Below, one piece after another: positions 51,225-61,464 of a DNA stretch of 64,000 nucleotides. The DNA comes from Opitutus sp. GAS368 (GTDB lineage Bacteria > Verrucomicrobiota > Verrucomicrobiia > Opitutales > Opitutaceae). A model generated the notes under the pieces. The model did no database searches. It saw nothing but the letters and a program-made list of their open reading frames with translations, and was not told the DNA's origin. Location of the stretch: NCBI GenBank assembly GCA_945861645.1, contig CAMAVZ010000005.1, positions 1 through 64,000 on the forward strand, in the 5' to 3' direction. Each line of letters starts with the position of its first letter. The stretch's first letter is position 1. A program made the translations under genes and the position numbers.

Positions 51225-52142
51225 TTATTCGGAAGTTTCTTGCTTCATCTTCACTATTTTTCGTCGCAGGGCGCGCCTCTGCACATGGCGAACACCTTTT
51301 TGATAGTGGGAAAAAAGACCGTAAAAAATATAGGCTAAAAAAAGAAAGAAAAAGGCAATTTCTTGCAGCCGCCAAATTATTACCCCCCCAATAATTAACC
51401 CAACAAAAGTACGAAAACGAGCCTTCAACTCCCAATTAATCTGTTTAAAACTGGGATAACGAATAGTGCTGACCATCAAGAAAGAAACGAGAATGAGGAG
51501 TAGAGGTAGCGTAATGGTTAATTGGCGCAGTTCGCGGGCATTAACCACCATGTTGAGCAGTAACAGAACCAAAGAGGCGATGGTCCCCGCGGCCGCCGGA
51601 ACAGGGAGGCCTAGAAAATCTTTATTAGACTCAGGATCGCCGCGAAAGAGGAGCGGATTGGTAATGACATTAAAACGCGCTAAGCGGACGGCGCCGCACA
51701 ATAAGTAAACAAAAGCGATGATCCAGCCCAACTCCCGAAACCAGGGGTATTCTTCGCGGGGCGTCAGGATCAAAAAAAACACCATTAAAGCCGGCGCGAC
51801 GCCGAAAGAAACAACATCGGCGAGAGAATCAAATTCAGCGCCAAATAAAGAGGTGCGGCCCCCCATCCGCGCCAAGCGGCCATCTAAAGAATCAAACACG
51901 ACCGCCGCTAAAATAAGCCAGACCGCTTGAGTATAAAGCGCACTTGAGGCGCGTAAGGCATCACCCGCGGCGTGGAGGGCGGCGTAATCACCGGCATCGG
52001 TAATTAACCGAGCCTGAATACAACGGATGATAGCTAAAAAACCACAAAGGAGGTTACCCGCCGTCATCAAGTTCGGCAGAAAGTAAATTCGGCTCGCTTG
52101 GGTAACGTTGTAGGGATTATCGCGTTGTTCGAGGTCAGACAT
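51225..52142 (-). CDS. pssA: CDP-diacylglycerol--serine O-phosphatidyltransferase
   Basis: LPNLMT.GN, DSLDGRLAR...S.FGAEFDSLADVVSFGVAP, RLARFN, FLGLPVPAAA. Confidence 0.9.
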   Translation of the reverse strand: MSDLEQRDNPYNVTQASRIYFLPNLMTAGNLLCGFLAIIRCIQARLITDAGDYAALHAAGDALRASSALYTQAVWLILAAVVFDSLDGRLARMGGRTSLFGAEFDSLADVVSFGVAPALMVFFLILTPREEYPWFRELGWIIAFVYLLCGAVRLARFNVITNPLLFRGDPESNKDFLGLPVPAAAGTIASLVLLLLNMVVNARELRQLTITLPLLLILVSFLMVSTIRYPSFKQINWELKARFRTFVGLIIGGVIIWRLQEIAFFFLFLAYIFYGLFSHYQKGVRHVQRRALRRKIVKMKQETSE

Positions 52143-52148
52143 GCCGGT

Positions 52149-52499
52149 TTATTTAGTAAGGCTTTCGAGGTACTTCCAAAATTTAGAATCCTGCTCAACC
52201 AGTTGTTGTTCCGAGACCGGTAATTTCATCCGAAAAAGCCAATCTTCCAGGGAAGATTTATGGAGAATATAAAGCGTGTGTAGGGTGGTCCCCTTCACTT
52301 CGAAATAAAAACGAAATTCGCCCGCCCGGAGACGGTAAAGGCTTTTGCCGCCGCGTTGAAAACAACCGAGTGGCTCTCGTGGATTAGCGAGATCGCGCGG
52401 TTGAATTTGAGAAATAGGCTCAATGGCGGCTAATTGAGCCAGCTTATCCAGGCGATTAAGCTCGCACATGCTTTGCTCAGAAAAAGTTACCTGATACAT
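52149..52499 (-). CDS. RelE/ParE-fold protein with no adjacent antitoxin
   Basis: MYQVTFSEQS N-terminus and LYRLRAGEFRFYFEV...ILH RelE-like pattern; ATG at 52499. Confidence 0.7.
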   Translation of the reverse strand: MYQVTFSEQSMCELNRLDKLAQLAAIEPISQIQPRDLANPREPLGCFQRGGKSLYRLRAGEFRFYFEVKGTTLHTLYILHKSSLEDWLFRMKLPVSEQQLVEQDSKFWKYLESLTK

Positions 52500-52770
52500 A
52501 AATAAAGAGAGGGGCTGATGAGGCGGGAATACCGGCGATGGTTTTAAGCACAAGGAAGGTGGCCTGAAAAGAAGCGGCGGAACAACGGGATAACTATTGG
52601 GAAAAACGGATGTTATGTCTAGGCAACATCACCGCGATAAAAGGCTGAGGTTTTTAGATAACCTGAGCAAAAAGGACGGGAATGTTACCAGAAAATCACC
52701 TGAAACAACCAGGCGCGGCGATTACTTGAGGTATTTACCGAGCAATAACAGGGAAGTTATCGCTGGGGGC

Positions 52771-53235
52771 TCAGTTTGCGGCCGATCGATCCAGCAGCGT
52801 GGTCGACCAATCAACCAGTAATTTAATTTCTGCGGGGGTAAGGCGGGCTTCCGGATGAAGCCAGGTATAAGAGGGTAAAGGCATATTATGATGCGTCACT
52901 TCCTCTGCAATTTCCTCTGCTTTTTTCCCGGCGCGCTTAGCGGAATAAGTTCCAAAGACGGAGAAGTTTAAATGCTGCTTACCCTCATTAACGTGTTTGG
53001 TAAGCCACCAACCTACGGGCTGAATATTGGCATACCAAGGGTAGAACGTGTAATTGGAGTGACAATCGTAACAGGCGCGTTTCAGCAGGGCTAGTACGGG
53101 CGCAGGGACGGGGAGTTGCCGTGTTAGATCGGAAGGGCTCAGCGCGAGGGATTCATTTCTGGCGGGCCGCCAAAACTGCAAAAGGCCCAAGGCTAAGCAA
53201 AAAAGAAGGAAGCACCGGAAAATTATTTTTTTCAT
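52771..53235 (-). CDS. Heme-binding domain protein (c-type cytochrome)
   Basis: N-terminal anchor, ACYDCHSN CxxCH, YPWY, HLNFS, MPLPSY..LHPEA. Confidence 0.87.
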   Translation of the reverse strand: MKKIIFRCFLLFCLALGLLQFWRPARNESLALSPSDLTRQLPVPAPVLALLKRACYDCHSNYTFYPWYANIQPVGWWLTKHVNEGKQHLNFSVFGTYSAKRAGKKAEEIAEEVTHHNMPLPSYTWLHPEARLTPAEIKLLVDWSTTLLDRSAAN

Positions 53236-53289
53236 AAAAACAAACGACGGGCTCTATAAGTACGCTTAGGAAAAAAATCCAGAGATTTT

Positions 53290-53784
53290 TTAAGGGGAAG
53301 ACCAACGCACGAGGGGTTGATGCCCGGCGACATAAAGCGGATGACGGGGATGACCAGCTCGCGTAGAGCCAAGGCACCATAGTTTTTTTCCAACAAATAA
53401 GCGGGCCACGGCCGCCCCGCGTTCACCGAATTCTCCACCTACCCCCCAAGCGGCGACAATTTGGGCGCAGCGCGCGGCGGCAATTAATAATTCAGCATCG
53501 GTTGCCAGACCAATGGGATTAGGAGAGGCCAGCATAACTTTGGGATGAGGTGTCCGCAGGGAAAAAAGATTTGCCATCCAGAAGCCATCAAAGCCCTCGC
53601 GGCGGGAGAAAGCCGCAATGCGCGTTAAGGTGGGATCGAGGCGGGCTTCATCGGCGGTGCTCGGGTTTAAGCCAATCCACAAAATTAATTTTTCCTGCGG
53701 GCCCGGATTCCAGCGATGAATTAAGCGGTAGCGATGCTGTCGATCGGGGGAGAAAAGGCACTCATTTTCCACAGGAACAAACAA
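53290..53784 (-). CDS. DUF1643-family protein
   Basis: RYRL..RW, IGLNPSTAD...DPT, NLF..R, AAWG, GHPRHPLY. Confidence 0.85.
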   Translation of the reverse strand: MFVPVENECLFSPDRQHRYRLIHRWNPGPQEKLILWIGLNPSTADEARLDPTLTRIAAFSRREGFDGFWMANLFSLRTPHPKVMLASPNPIGLATDAELLIAAARCAQIVAAWGVGGEFGERGAAVARLFVGKKLWCLGSTRAGHPRHPLYVAGHQPLVRWSSP

Positions 53785-53818
53785 AGCGAGATTTTAGCGC
53801 GGGGCAAGCGCCCCCCGG

Positions 53819-56800
53819 TTAACTTAAAATTAGGCGGAGGCTTTCTAGGTCGAGCGTGGTCGCCAAAGACTCTTCCTGAATAACCGCTGCCGCCATTGTC
53901 GCTTTATCCTGTTGGAGGGCGCGGATTTTTTCTTCCACGGTGCCGCGCGCCAGCAAGCGGTAAGCAATCACTTGATTGCGTTGGCCAATTCGATGGGTGC
54001 GGTCAATGGCTTGGGCCTCCACGGCCGGATTCCACCAGGGATCGTACAGGACCACATAGCTGGCGGCGGTAAGGTTGAGACCTGAACCAGCGGCCTTAAG
54101 GGAAAGTAAAAATACCGGTATGGTGGGATCGGTTTGAAAGCGGTCGACGAGCGCTTGGCGGTTTTCTGTCTGCCCAGTGAGGATGAGGTGAGGGATTTCC
54201 CGCGCGGTCAGCTCGGCCTGAATTAATTCGAGCATAGAGACAAATTGCGAGAACACCAAAACCTTATGCCCTTCGGCGACGAGGGGCTCCAAAGTTTCGA
54301 GGAGCGCATCAAGTTTAGCGCTCGAGGGAGCTTGACCGCTCGCGGACCCCCCCGCGAGGAGGCGAGGGTCGCAACAAATTTGGCGAAGGCGGAGTAACGA
54401 TTGAAGAATATTGAAGCGTTGGGCCTCGAACTCGCGTGCGCCTTGAACGCCCAGCAAGATTTGGCGTGCGCGCTTTAATTCTACATCATATAAAGTCCGC
54501 TGAGGCCCTTCGAGTTCGCAGACAATTTCCTCTTCGATCCGTGGCGGTAGGTCTCGGGCCACTTGAGATTTAGCCCGGCGAAGGAGGAAGTGACGCACGC
54601 GCGCAGCGAGCCGCGTGCGCACGCTGGTGGGGTCTACCCGTTCATCATACAGGCGTTTAAAGGCGCTCTGGGTGCTGAGCAACCCAGGCATGGCAAAAGC
54701 GAATAAACTCCAAAGATCGAGCAACCGATTTTCAACCGGGGTGCCAGTTAAGACCACCCGATGAGAGGCGCGCAGGGCGCGGGCGGCTTGCGCGGTTGCA
54801 CTGCCGGGATTCTTAATATTTTGGCCCTCATCGAGAATGACCGCATCCCAATAGACGGCGGCAAAATTAGCTGCGTTGAGTCGTAATTGAGCGTAATTTG
54901 CAATGATGAGCTGGCTCCCCTGCTTATTGGTTAGAATCTGTGGGAGCGCAGGGTCGAATACCGTGGGGTGTAGGGTAGGCGCAAAGCGAGCGGCTTCGAG
55001 GGGCCAATTAGTCGTGACCGATTTTGGACACACGACGAGGGCCCGAAAGGGTTTTTCTGGATCACGCTCGGCGAGCCAAACGAGCCAGGTGAGGGCCTGG
55101 ACCGTTTTACCTAGACCCATATCATCAGCGAGCACCCCGCCCAAGCCGTGAACTGAAAGCCAGGCGAGAAACTCAAAACCTTCTCGTTGATAAGGGCGGA
55201 GGGTGGCGGTGATGGCTGCGGGCACCGCGGGAGGCGGCACGGCGCGTAACTCAATCGCCCGCTGCCGTAATTGCTCCCAAGCCCGGGTATCAAAGACTTG
55301 GCATAAGCTTTCATCACCAGCTAACTGCAGGGCGTGATAACGATGATGTTCACCGGCCGTCGGGTTTTCTGCGAGACCGAGCGCGAGTAGACGGGCTTGC
55401 TGGGCTTCATCAGTTCCGATGGCGAGGCGGCGCCAACCTTTACCCTCCAGACGCACAAAGCCTCCGCGAGCCGCGAGGAGTAAAGCCACTTCAGCTTTTG
55501 TGAGGGTGGTATCAGCTGCGCGCACAATCAAACGGACATCGAACCAGTCGCGCGCATGGCTATCAGGTTCAACCTCGAGGGCAAAAATAGCGGCATCAGC
55601 CGCGCGGACCAGTCCAGCGAGTTCGTCGGTGGCTTCTAACACCGTGTTAGCAGGTAGCGTGGCGATCCAATCGGAAAGATCATCGGCAAACGTCGCGGTA
55701 ACGGGGCGCTGCCAGCAAGGCTGCTGGGGGTGTTCAGCAGACCACTGTAAACCGAAGTGTAAGAAAGGCGCGACCGCGGCTTGAGCCGGGGCGTGGTCAT
55801 AGCTAACGAGAGATTCTCCTTCGCTGGGTGTTGGGGTCGACGAGGCGGTGATTTCGCGCCAGCCGGTCGGCGTGTAACGCTCGCGGTGAGTGCCATCGGG
55901 CGTGAGAGTAGTGAGCTCAACGTTGAGTAACTCTTGTGATTCAGCCTCGTCGTACTTGCCAACGGCTCCCGGGCGAAATTCCAAAGATAAGCGGAGGTGG
56001 GGGCGCAACGGTTCTTCGCGCACGGGCCGCTGAAATTCAGCTGGAATCCGCGTCCCTGAGCGCAGGAAAAAACTCATGGCGGCTGGCAAAGTGAGTAAAG
56101 TGCGCGGTAAAGCCACAGGCATGGTGGGATCGGCGGCCACATCCGGATCAGTGACACCTTTTTTCTCCGCGAGCGGCAGTGGACCGCGATAAACTGTCGA
56201 GTCGTGCAAATAGAGCGGGGTCGGTAACCCCTCTAAGAGAATTAAAGGGCTGGGAGTGGGGAAGCCATCAGCGCAGGTTAAGATAGCTTCGAGTTCATTG
56301 GCCTCACCCACGCGCGCGCGCAGGGTCCAAACAAAAGCTGTCGGGGAGAGCGTGAGCGCGGCGCGGTCGGCGCCCACGAGGCAACTGCGAGCTAAGGGAT
56401 CCGTCAGAGCGGCGTGGAGGGCGGCGCGAAATTCGCGCGCTTTGGGGGTGGGCTGAACGGAGCCGTGTAGAAATACCGCATCCCGAAAAGCTAAGGCGAG
56501 CCGCAGCGCGGGTTCCGCAAAAAATAACGGAAGTTGCCGAGAATCGCTTAACCACTGGCGGAGGGTCTCGGGATGTAATTCTTCCCAAACGGTCAGCGCG
56601 GTGATGCGGGTTTCCCAACGCCAAGCGCGATCGTTTAAGCGCAAACGTAATTCATGTTGGGGGGGGCGCGGTAATTCATCCGCCGCGACGGCGGCCGGCA
56701 AAGCCGCTTGCAGTTGTTCAAAACGGCGCGTCCATTCCTGTCGATTCTGGGTATTTTCACGCGCGGCAATCCGCGCTTCGGTGGCCGCTTGGTCAGCCAG

Positions 56801-57487
56801 AGGGAGAATAAATTCTGGTAAGGGCAGTTGGCGGCGCTGTAAGGCCACGGCAAGAAACGACCACAACTCTAAGGGGGTGGTTGGCGGCTGGTCGCGTTCC
56901 CACCAACCTTCACACCAGGGTTGCTCATTATAACCATAAGCGAAATGCCGGTGCGAAGGGGGCAGTAACCAACTCAGCGAATACGGATCAAGCTGGCCGC
57001 CTTGTAATAGCAGCGCATGGGTTTCCGCGAGCCGGCGCAGCCAAGTCTGCTCCGTCCGCTTCAGGGTGCGCCCAAGAGCTTTAGCGACGTGGGCCGTGAG
57101 TGATTCGCTGACCGCGGGGGCAGCTGCGGATAAAGCTTCTTCGGCGGGAGCTTCCCGCAAGCGATCAAGGAGGGCTAAGCCTGCAGCATAAACGTGCTTA
57201 CAATTAACCTCGACCGTACAGGTGCAAACAGAAGCCCAACCATGCGCGGCGTCGTGATCAAAACGAATCGAATATAGCTCAGTGCCTTGAACTTTAGCGA
57301 GCGCGCGGGTGTTAATAATGCGCAGCGCGCGAACCCGGCCTTCTCGTTGATAAGTTTTACCGCGTTGCCGCTGGGCGGAAGCAAAGGTTCCAAGCCAAGC
57401 CGCTAATTCGTCCGCGTGGCGGGCGAGGGCACTATCGGTGGTGTGAAGAGGATGACTGGAGGAGGACAAGGGTGAGAACCAAGACAA
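53819..57487 (-). CDS. SWIM zinc-finger SNF2-family ATPase/helicase
   Basis: CTC...CKH SWIM; LRPYQ, LADDMGLGKT, DEGQ, LTGTPVEN, VFSQF, SLKAAGSGLNL, QAIDRTHRIGQ. Confidence 0.93.
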   Translation of the reverse strand: MSWFSPLSSSSHPLHTTDSALARHADELAAWLGTFASAQRQRGKTYQREGRVRALRIINTRALAKVQGTELYSIRFDHDAAHGWASVCTCTVEVNCKHVYAAGLALLDRLREAPAEEALSAAAPAVSESLTAHVAKALGRTLKRTEQTWLRRLAETHALLLQGGQLDPYSLSWLLPPSHRHFAYGYNEQPWCEGWWERDQPPTTPLELWSFLAVALQRRQLPLPEFILPLADQAATEARIAARENTQNRQEWTRRFEQLQAALPAAVAADELPRPPQHELRLRLNDRAWRWETRITALTVWEELHPETLRQWLSDSRQLPLFFAEPALRLALAFRDAVFLHGSVQPTPKAREFRAALHAALTDPLARSCLVGADRAALTLSPTAFVWTLRARVGEANELEAILTCADGFPTPSPLILLEGLPTPLYLHDSTVYRGPLPLAEKKGVTDPDVAADPTMPVALPRTLLTLPAAMSFFLRSGTRIPAEFQRPVREEPLRPHLRLSLEFRPGAVGKYDEAESQELLNVELTTLTPDGTHRERYTPTGWREITASSTPTPSEGESLVSYDHAPAQAAVAPFLHFGLQWSAEHPQQPCWQRPVTATFADDLSDWIATLPANTVLEATDELAGLVRAADAAIFALEVEPDSHARDWFDVRLIVRAADTTLTKAEVALLLAARGGFVRLEGKGWRRLAIGTDEAQQARLLALGLAENPTAGEHHRYHALQLAGDESLCQVFDTRAWEQLRQRAIELRAVPPPAVPAAITATLRPYQREGFEFLAWLSVHGLGGVLADDMGLGKTVQALTWLVWLAERDPEKPFRALVVCPKSVTTNWPLEAARFAPTLHPTVFDPALPQILTNKQGSQLIIANYAQLRLNAANFAAVYWDAVILDEGQNIKNPGSATAQAARALRASHRVVLTGTPVENRLLDLWSLFAFAMPGLLSTQSAFKRLYDERVDPTSVRTRLAARVRHFLLRRAKSQVARDLPPRIEEEIVCELEGPQRTLYDVELKRARQILLGVQGAREFEAQRFNILQSLLRLRQICCDPRLLAGGSASGQAPSSAKLDALLETLEPLVAEGHKVLVFSQFVSMLELIQAELTAREIPHLILTGQTENRQALVDRFQTDPTIPVFLLSLKAAGSGLNLTAASYVVLYDPWWNPAVEAQAIDRTHRIGQRNQVIAYRLLARGTVEEKIRALQQDKATMAAAVIQEESLATTLDLESLRLILS

Positions 57488-57587
57488 GAAAGTGACAAAG
57501 CGCCAGCTTGACCTGCGTTTATTACAGAAAGTTCCGCAGGGGCATCAAGACCGCAGCACCCACCGAAAAAAACCTCAACCGCCGGGC

Positions 57588-59114
57588 TCAATAGACGTGT
57601 TCGTCCAGCAGCGCAAATAATTCAGCCTCCGTAATGCGTTTTTGCTGCATGGAATCACGCTCGCGCAAGGTAAAGGTGTCGCCCGGTTTTTCGACCGTAT
57701 CAAAATCAATGGTTACACACCAAGGGGTGCCCGCTTCATCTTGGCGCCGGTAGCGTTTACCAATGGCACCCCCATCGTCATAGAAAACCGCATATTTGCG
57801 CTTCAACTTGGTGTACAAGTCGCGCGCACGGCCCACGAGAAGCTCTTTATTTTTAATGAGCGGAAGGACGGCCACCTTAAAGGGAGCGAGGCGGGGCGAG
57901 AGCCGCAGCACGGTCCGTGGTTCAACGTTGCCCTTTTCATCCGGCACGTCTTCGACGGCGTAGGCGGCGCAAAGCACGGCGAGGAGGATACGATCTACCC
58001 CCACCGCCGGTTCAATAACATGCGGCACAAATTTTTTCTTCGTCGTTTCGTCAAAAATCTCCTGGGGCTTACCGGAAGCCGTGGCGTGTTGGGTCAGGTC
58101 GTAATTGCCGCGGGCAGCGATCCCCCAAAGCTCCTGCACCCCGAAAGGATACTTAAACATGATATCCACCGTGCCCCGAGAATAGAACGCCAGTTTCTCC
58201 TTCGGGTGAGTGTAGCGGGAAAGGTGGGTATCGGGCAGGCCAACACTCTTTAGCCAAGTTTCACACCAGACGATCCACTCTTCATGGCATTTAGCCCAGT
58301 CGGCATCCTCATGGATGAAATACTCCATCTCCATTTGTTCAAATTCCCGCGAGCGAAAGATGAAATTACGCGGGGTGATCTCATTGCGGAATGACTTGCC
58401 GATTTGCGCGATACCAAAAGGCAGTTTTACGCGCGTCGTATCCACAACGTTCTTAAAATCGACGAACATACCTTGAGCCGTCTCGGGTCGCAGGTAAGCG
58501 ACCGACGAGGCATCACTCATCGCGCCAACATTCGTTTGGAACATCATGTTAAACGCGCGCGGAGCGGTTAGGCTGCCGGTCTCGCCTGTGGCGGGAGAGG
58601 GAATTAAAGCAATTTCGCCTTCTTGAGCTTCGGTAAAATCCTTGGGGGTGACTGGCGCGAGGGTGCCTTGGAGGGCCTTTTTGCGTTTAAAGGACTCAGC
58701 GGCCGCCTGCAGGTCCGCGGTGGTCTTTTCGCTTTCGAGGGCCGAGACGTATCCAACTTTTTTTCCATCGACGATTACTGGGGAGAAAAAGAGTTGATCC
58801 GCCCGGTAGCGCAGCTTGGAAACCTTACAATCAACGAGAGGATCGGTGAAGCCCGCGACGTGGCCCGAAGCTTCCCAAACCTTGGGGTGCATAATAATAG
58901 ACGACTCAAGGCCTACAATATCTTCACGCCGCCGCACCATATCATTCCACCAGCAGTCGCGGATGTTCTTCTTAAGCTCCACGCCGAGGGGACCGTAGTC
59001 GAAAAAACCGTTGAAGCCGCCGTAAATTTCGGAGGAGGCGTAAATAAAGCCTCGGCGCTTCGCGAGCGAAACGATGGCTTCCATGAGGTTGGTGGGTTCG
59101 ACAGAGCTAGACAT
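57588..59114 (-). CDS. glyQS: Glycine--tRNA ligase (alpha2 type)
   Basis: DYGPLG, LRPETAQG, GKSFRNEITPRNFIFRSREFEQME, PHVIEP, IGKRYRRQDEAGTP; ATG at 59114 is the likely start. Confidence 0.96.
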   Translation of the reverse strand: MSSSVEPTNLMEAIVSLAKRRGFIYASSEIYGGFNGFFDYGPLGVELKKNIRDCWWNDMVRRREDIVGLESSIIMHPKVWEASGHVAGFTDPLVDCKVSKLRYRADQLFFSPVIVDGKKVGYVSALESEKTTADLQAAAESFKRKKALQGTLAPVTPKDFTEAQEGEIALIPSPATGETGSLTAPRAFNMMFQTNVGAMSDASSVAYLRPETAQGMFVDFKNVVDTTRVKLPFGIAQIGKSFRNEITPRNFIFRSREFEQMEMEYFIHEDADWAKCHEEWIVWCETWLKSVGLPDTHLSRYTHPKEKLAFYSRGTVDIMFKYPFGVQELWGIAARGNYDLTQHATASGKPQEIFDETTKKKFVPHVIEPAVGVDRILLAVLCAAYAVEDVPDEKGNVEPRTVLRLSPRLAPFKVAVLPLIKNKELLVGRARDLYTKLKRKYAVFYDDGGAIGKRYRRQDEAGTPWCVTIDFDTVEKPGDTFTLRERDSMQQKRITEAELFALLDEHVY

Positions 59115-59214
59115 CAGAGAGGCAACCGTTGCCACGCTAAGGGAGGGCGGTCAATGCCGCGTTACACGGCTAACTTCACGCTTGCGGGGTGAGGCGGGCG
59201 GGTAACCGTGACGG

Positions 59215-59667
59215 GTGATGAAAGCCTCTTTTACGCCTAAAGAATATCGGCAACTCCTTGAGCTCGTCCATCTCGGGATGTGGGCGGTGACGGGTTATCA
59301 GGGGGAAGACACCGCGGCGGCGAAGCGGTATTTTAATTTTGATCAAAAACTCCTCGATTTAGCGGCGACGCTCGGGTGCGCCGACCTAGTAGAGAAAAAT
59401 GCCGATGGCACCTTACAGCCCGCCTCTAAACTCGCGGAAGATGAACGGATTCGAGAAATTCAAAGTGAATTTCAAAATGACACGTTTTGGCACGAAATCG
59501 TCTCCCGTTTAGCTGATCGTGATTTAGCTGGGGATCAAGCCAAGCGGACGCTAGAGCCGCCCCTTTCTACGGATGAACGCTTAAAAAAAATCGAAGACCG
59601 TTACTGGAAGGAATTTGAAAAAAATGATCTCGCGAGCTTGATCGTTTTACGTGGCGGCCGTGGCTGA
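59215..59667 (+). CDS. Hypothetical protein
   Basis: 150-aa ORF divergent from glyQS; no motif recognised. Confidence 0.7.
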   Translation: MMKASFTPKEYRQLLELVHLGMWAVTGYQGEDTAAAKRYFNFDQKLLDLAATLGCADLVEKNADGTLQPASKLAEDERIREIQSEFQNDTFWHEIVSRLADRDLAGDQAKRTLEPPLSTDERLKKIEDRYWKEFEKNDLASLIVLRGGRG

Positions 59668-59723
59668 GGCGGCATAAAATGACAAGATTGCGGTCGGCGG
59701 CGAGCCGCCCCATTCCTTAAGGC

Positions 59724-60284
59724 ATGAAAATATTTACCCCCTGGCTGGTTGCCTTATTGTTGCCTTTGGCGAGTGGCGCCGCGGAGCGAACCCTGAAAAT
59801 AGATCCCACGCGCTCCTTTATCGATATCGATGTCAAGGCCACGGCGGGTTCATTCACCGGCCACCTCGATCACTACGACGCGAAGATTAAGTTGGACGCC
59901 AATGGCAAGATTAAGGGAGCAATTTTTAGTTTTAATTTTACCGATCTCAAAACCGGCAAGATCGATCGCGATACCGCGATGTTAAAATGGCTGGGCGGAA
60001 GCTTATTGGAGGGTCGTTTTGAGATGGGCAATCTCGCCCTAATGCCCGACGGCCAAGGGCAGGTATCCGGCCGGCTTACGCTCCATGGGGTAACCGAGCG
60101 CGTTGAATTTCCCGTTAATTTAACCAAGCTTGATGATACTTATACGCTGACAGGGGAGACCCTGATTGATCATCGATCGTGGAAGCTAAAAATTATCCGA
60201 TTGGCCTATATCGCCAAAGTTGATCCGGAGGTGAAGGTACGCTTCAAGCTCACTGGGCAAGTCAGTGTGGTTAGTGAAAAATAA
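59724..60284 (+). CDS. YceI-family lipid/polyisoprenoid-binding protein
   Basis: Signal peptide, IDP.RS.I, TG...RD..M, G.LTLHGVT beta-barrel pattern. Confidence 0.85.
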   Translation: MKIFTPWLVALLLPLASGAAERTLKIDPTRSFIDIDVKATAGSFTGHLDHYDAKIKLDANGKIKGAIFSFNFTDLKTGKIDRDTAMLKWLGGSLLEGRFEMGNLALMPDGQGQVSGRLTLHGVTERVEFPVNLTKLDDTYTLTGETLIDHRSWKLKIIRLAYIAKVDPEVKVRFKLTGQVSVVSEK

Positions 60285-60323
60285 TTGAATCACTTGGCTT
60301 CTGCGCAGGGAGATTAACCAGCC

Positions 60324-60743
60324 ATGCAGACAAAAACCATTAATCAATTAGCCGTCGGCTTATCCTTCACGGCTGGTGCGCTCGATTTTTGTACGGGGTT
60401 AGGTTTCATAGGTGCTCCCGCGCTGATGTTGCACCTGATGGGGGTGAAGGAAGTTTACGGGGATTTGGTTTATTTACGCTTTGTGGGGGCCTTTGTTTTT
60501 GCCGTCGGCACGAGTTATTTATGGGCTTGGCGCGGTTGGCGATTGACCGGAAAAGGGACGCTACTCCGCGCGACTCTAGAAATAACCATAATCTTCCGCT
60601 TAGCGGCGGGCGCTTTTGCGGCGTGGGCTATTTTGCGTGGTTGGTTGGTGCCCGCTTGGGCGAGTGTCACGCTGGTCGATTTTGGTTTGGCGATGACCCA
60701 AGCTTGGTTGCTCCGGCGGGGCGCTTTTTTATCAAGCGAATAA
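60324..60743 (+). CDS. Hypothetical 4-TM membrane protein
   Basis: 139-aa hydrophobic ORF co-oriented with the yceI-like gene. Confidence 0.65.
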   Translation: MQTKTINQLAVGLSFTAGALDFCTGLGFIGAPALMLHLMGVKEVYGDLVYLRFVGAFVFAVGTSYLWAWRGWRLTGKGTLLRATLEITIIFRLAAGAFAAWAILRGWLVPAWASVTLVDFGLAMTQAWLLRRGAFLSSE

Positions 60744-60852
60744 CCGAGTTAATCGATTCGTGCGGCCAAGGAATCGGCGGCGCATTTAATCCGGCGACAG
60801 CTAGCCGGCTGACCGCCCCACCCTAATGAGTGAAAAGTGGACGGCGCTTAAA

Positions 60853-61464
60853 TTATTTCTTTGGGGCGTGGCGCTTTGCCAGCACCGCCACCGCCGTATG
60901 GAGCGAAAGCTTTTTAACGCGCAGCAAGACGATGAGATGATAAAGCAGATCCGCCGCTTCACCGGTGAATGCTTTTTGATTAGAACCGAGCGCAGCCAAA
61001 GCGGTTTCGACGCCTTCTTCACCTACTTTTTGCGCGCAACGCGTCACCCCTTCTTTTGCTAAGCGTACCGTATAACTTTGTTTATCTCCGCGCTTAATTC
61101 GATCGGCCACGATTCGGTCGAGGTGCGCGAGAAAACCAATACCCGTAGCCCCGTCGTTGCCGAAGCAACTGGGCGTGTCGCGGTGACAGGTGGGGCCATC
61201 AGGACGGGCGGTGATGAGAATCGTGTCATGATCGCAATCGACCTGGAGGCTAACGAGGTGGAGGAAGTTTTTTGACGACTCGCCCTTGGTCCAGAGCCGC
61301 TGCTTACTGCGACTAAAGAAGGTGACGCGTTTGGTCTTAATCGTTTTTTTCAGAGCCGCTGCGTTCATATAGCCCAACATGAGTACTTGCAGAGTGGCGG
61401 CGTCTTGCACGATGGCGGGCACGAGTCCGGAGTCTTTTTTCCAATCAATCTTAGGAAGTTTCAT
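60853..61464 (-). CDS. hisIE: Bifunctional phosphoribosyl-AMP cyclohydrolase / phosphoribosyl-ATP pyrophosphatase
   Basis: [26 protein letters not shown]...[21 protein letters not shown]. Confidence 0.96.
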   Translation of the reverse strand: MKLPKIDWKKDSGLVPAIVQDAATLQVLMLGYMNAAALKKTIKTKRVTFFSRSKQRLWTKGESSKNFLHLVSLQVDCDHDTILITARPDGPTCHRDTPSCFGNDGATGIGFLAHLDRIVADRIKRGDKQSYTVRLAKEGVTRCAQKVGEEGVETALAALGSNQKAFTGEAADLLYHLIVLLRVKKLSLHTAVAVLAKRHAPKK

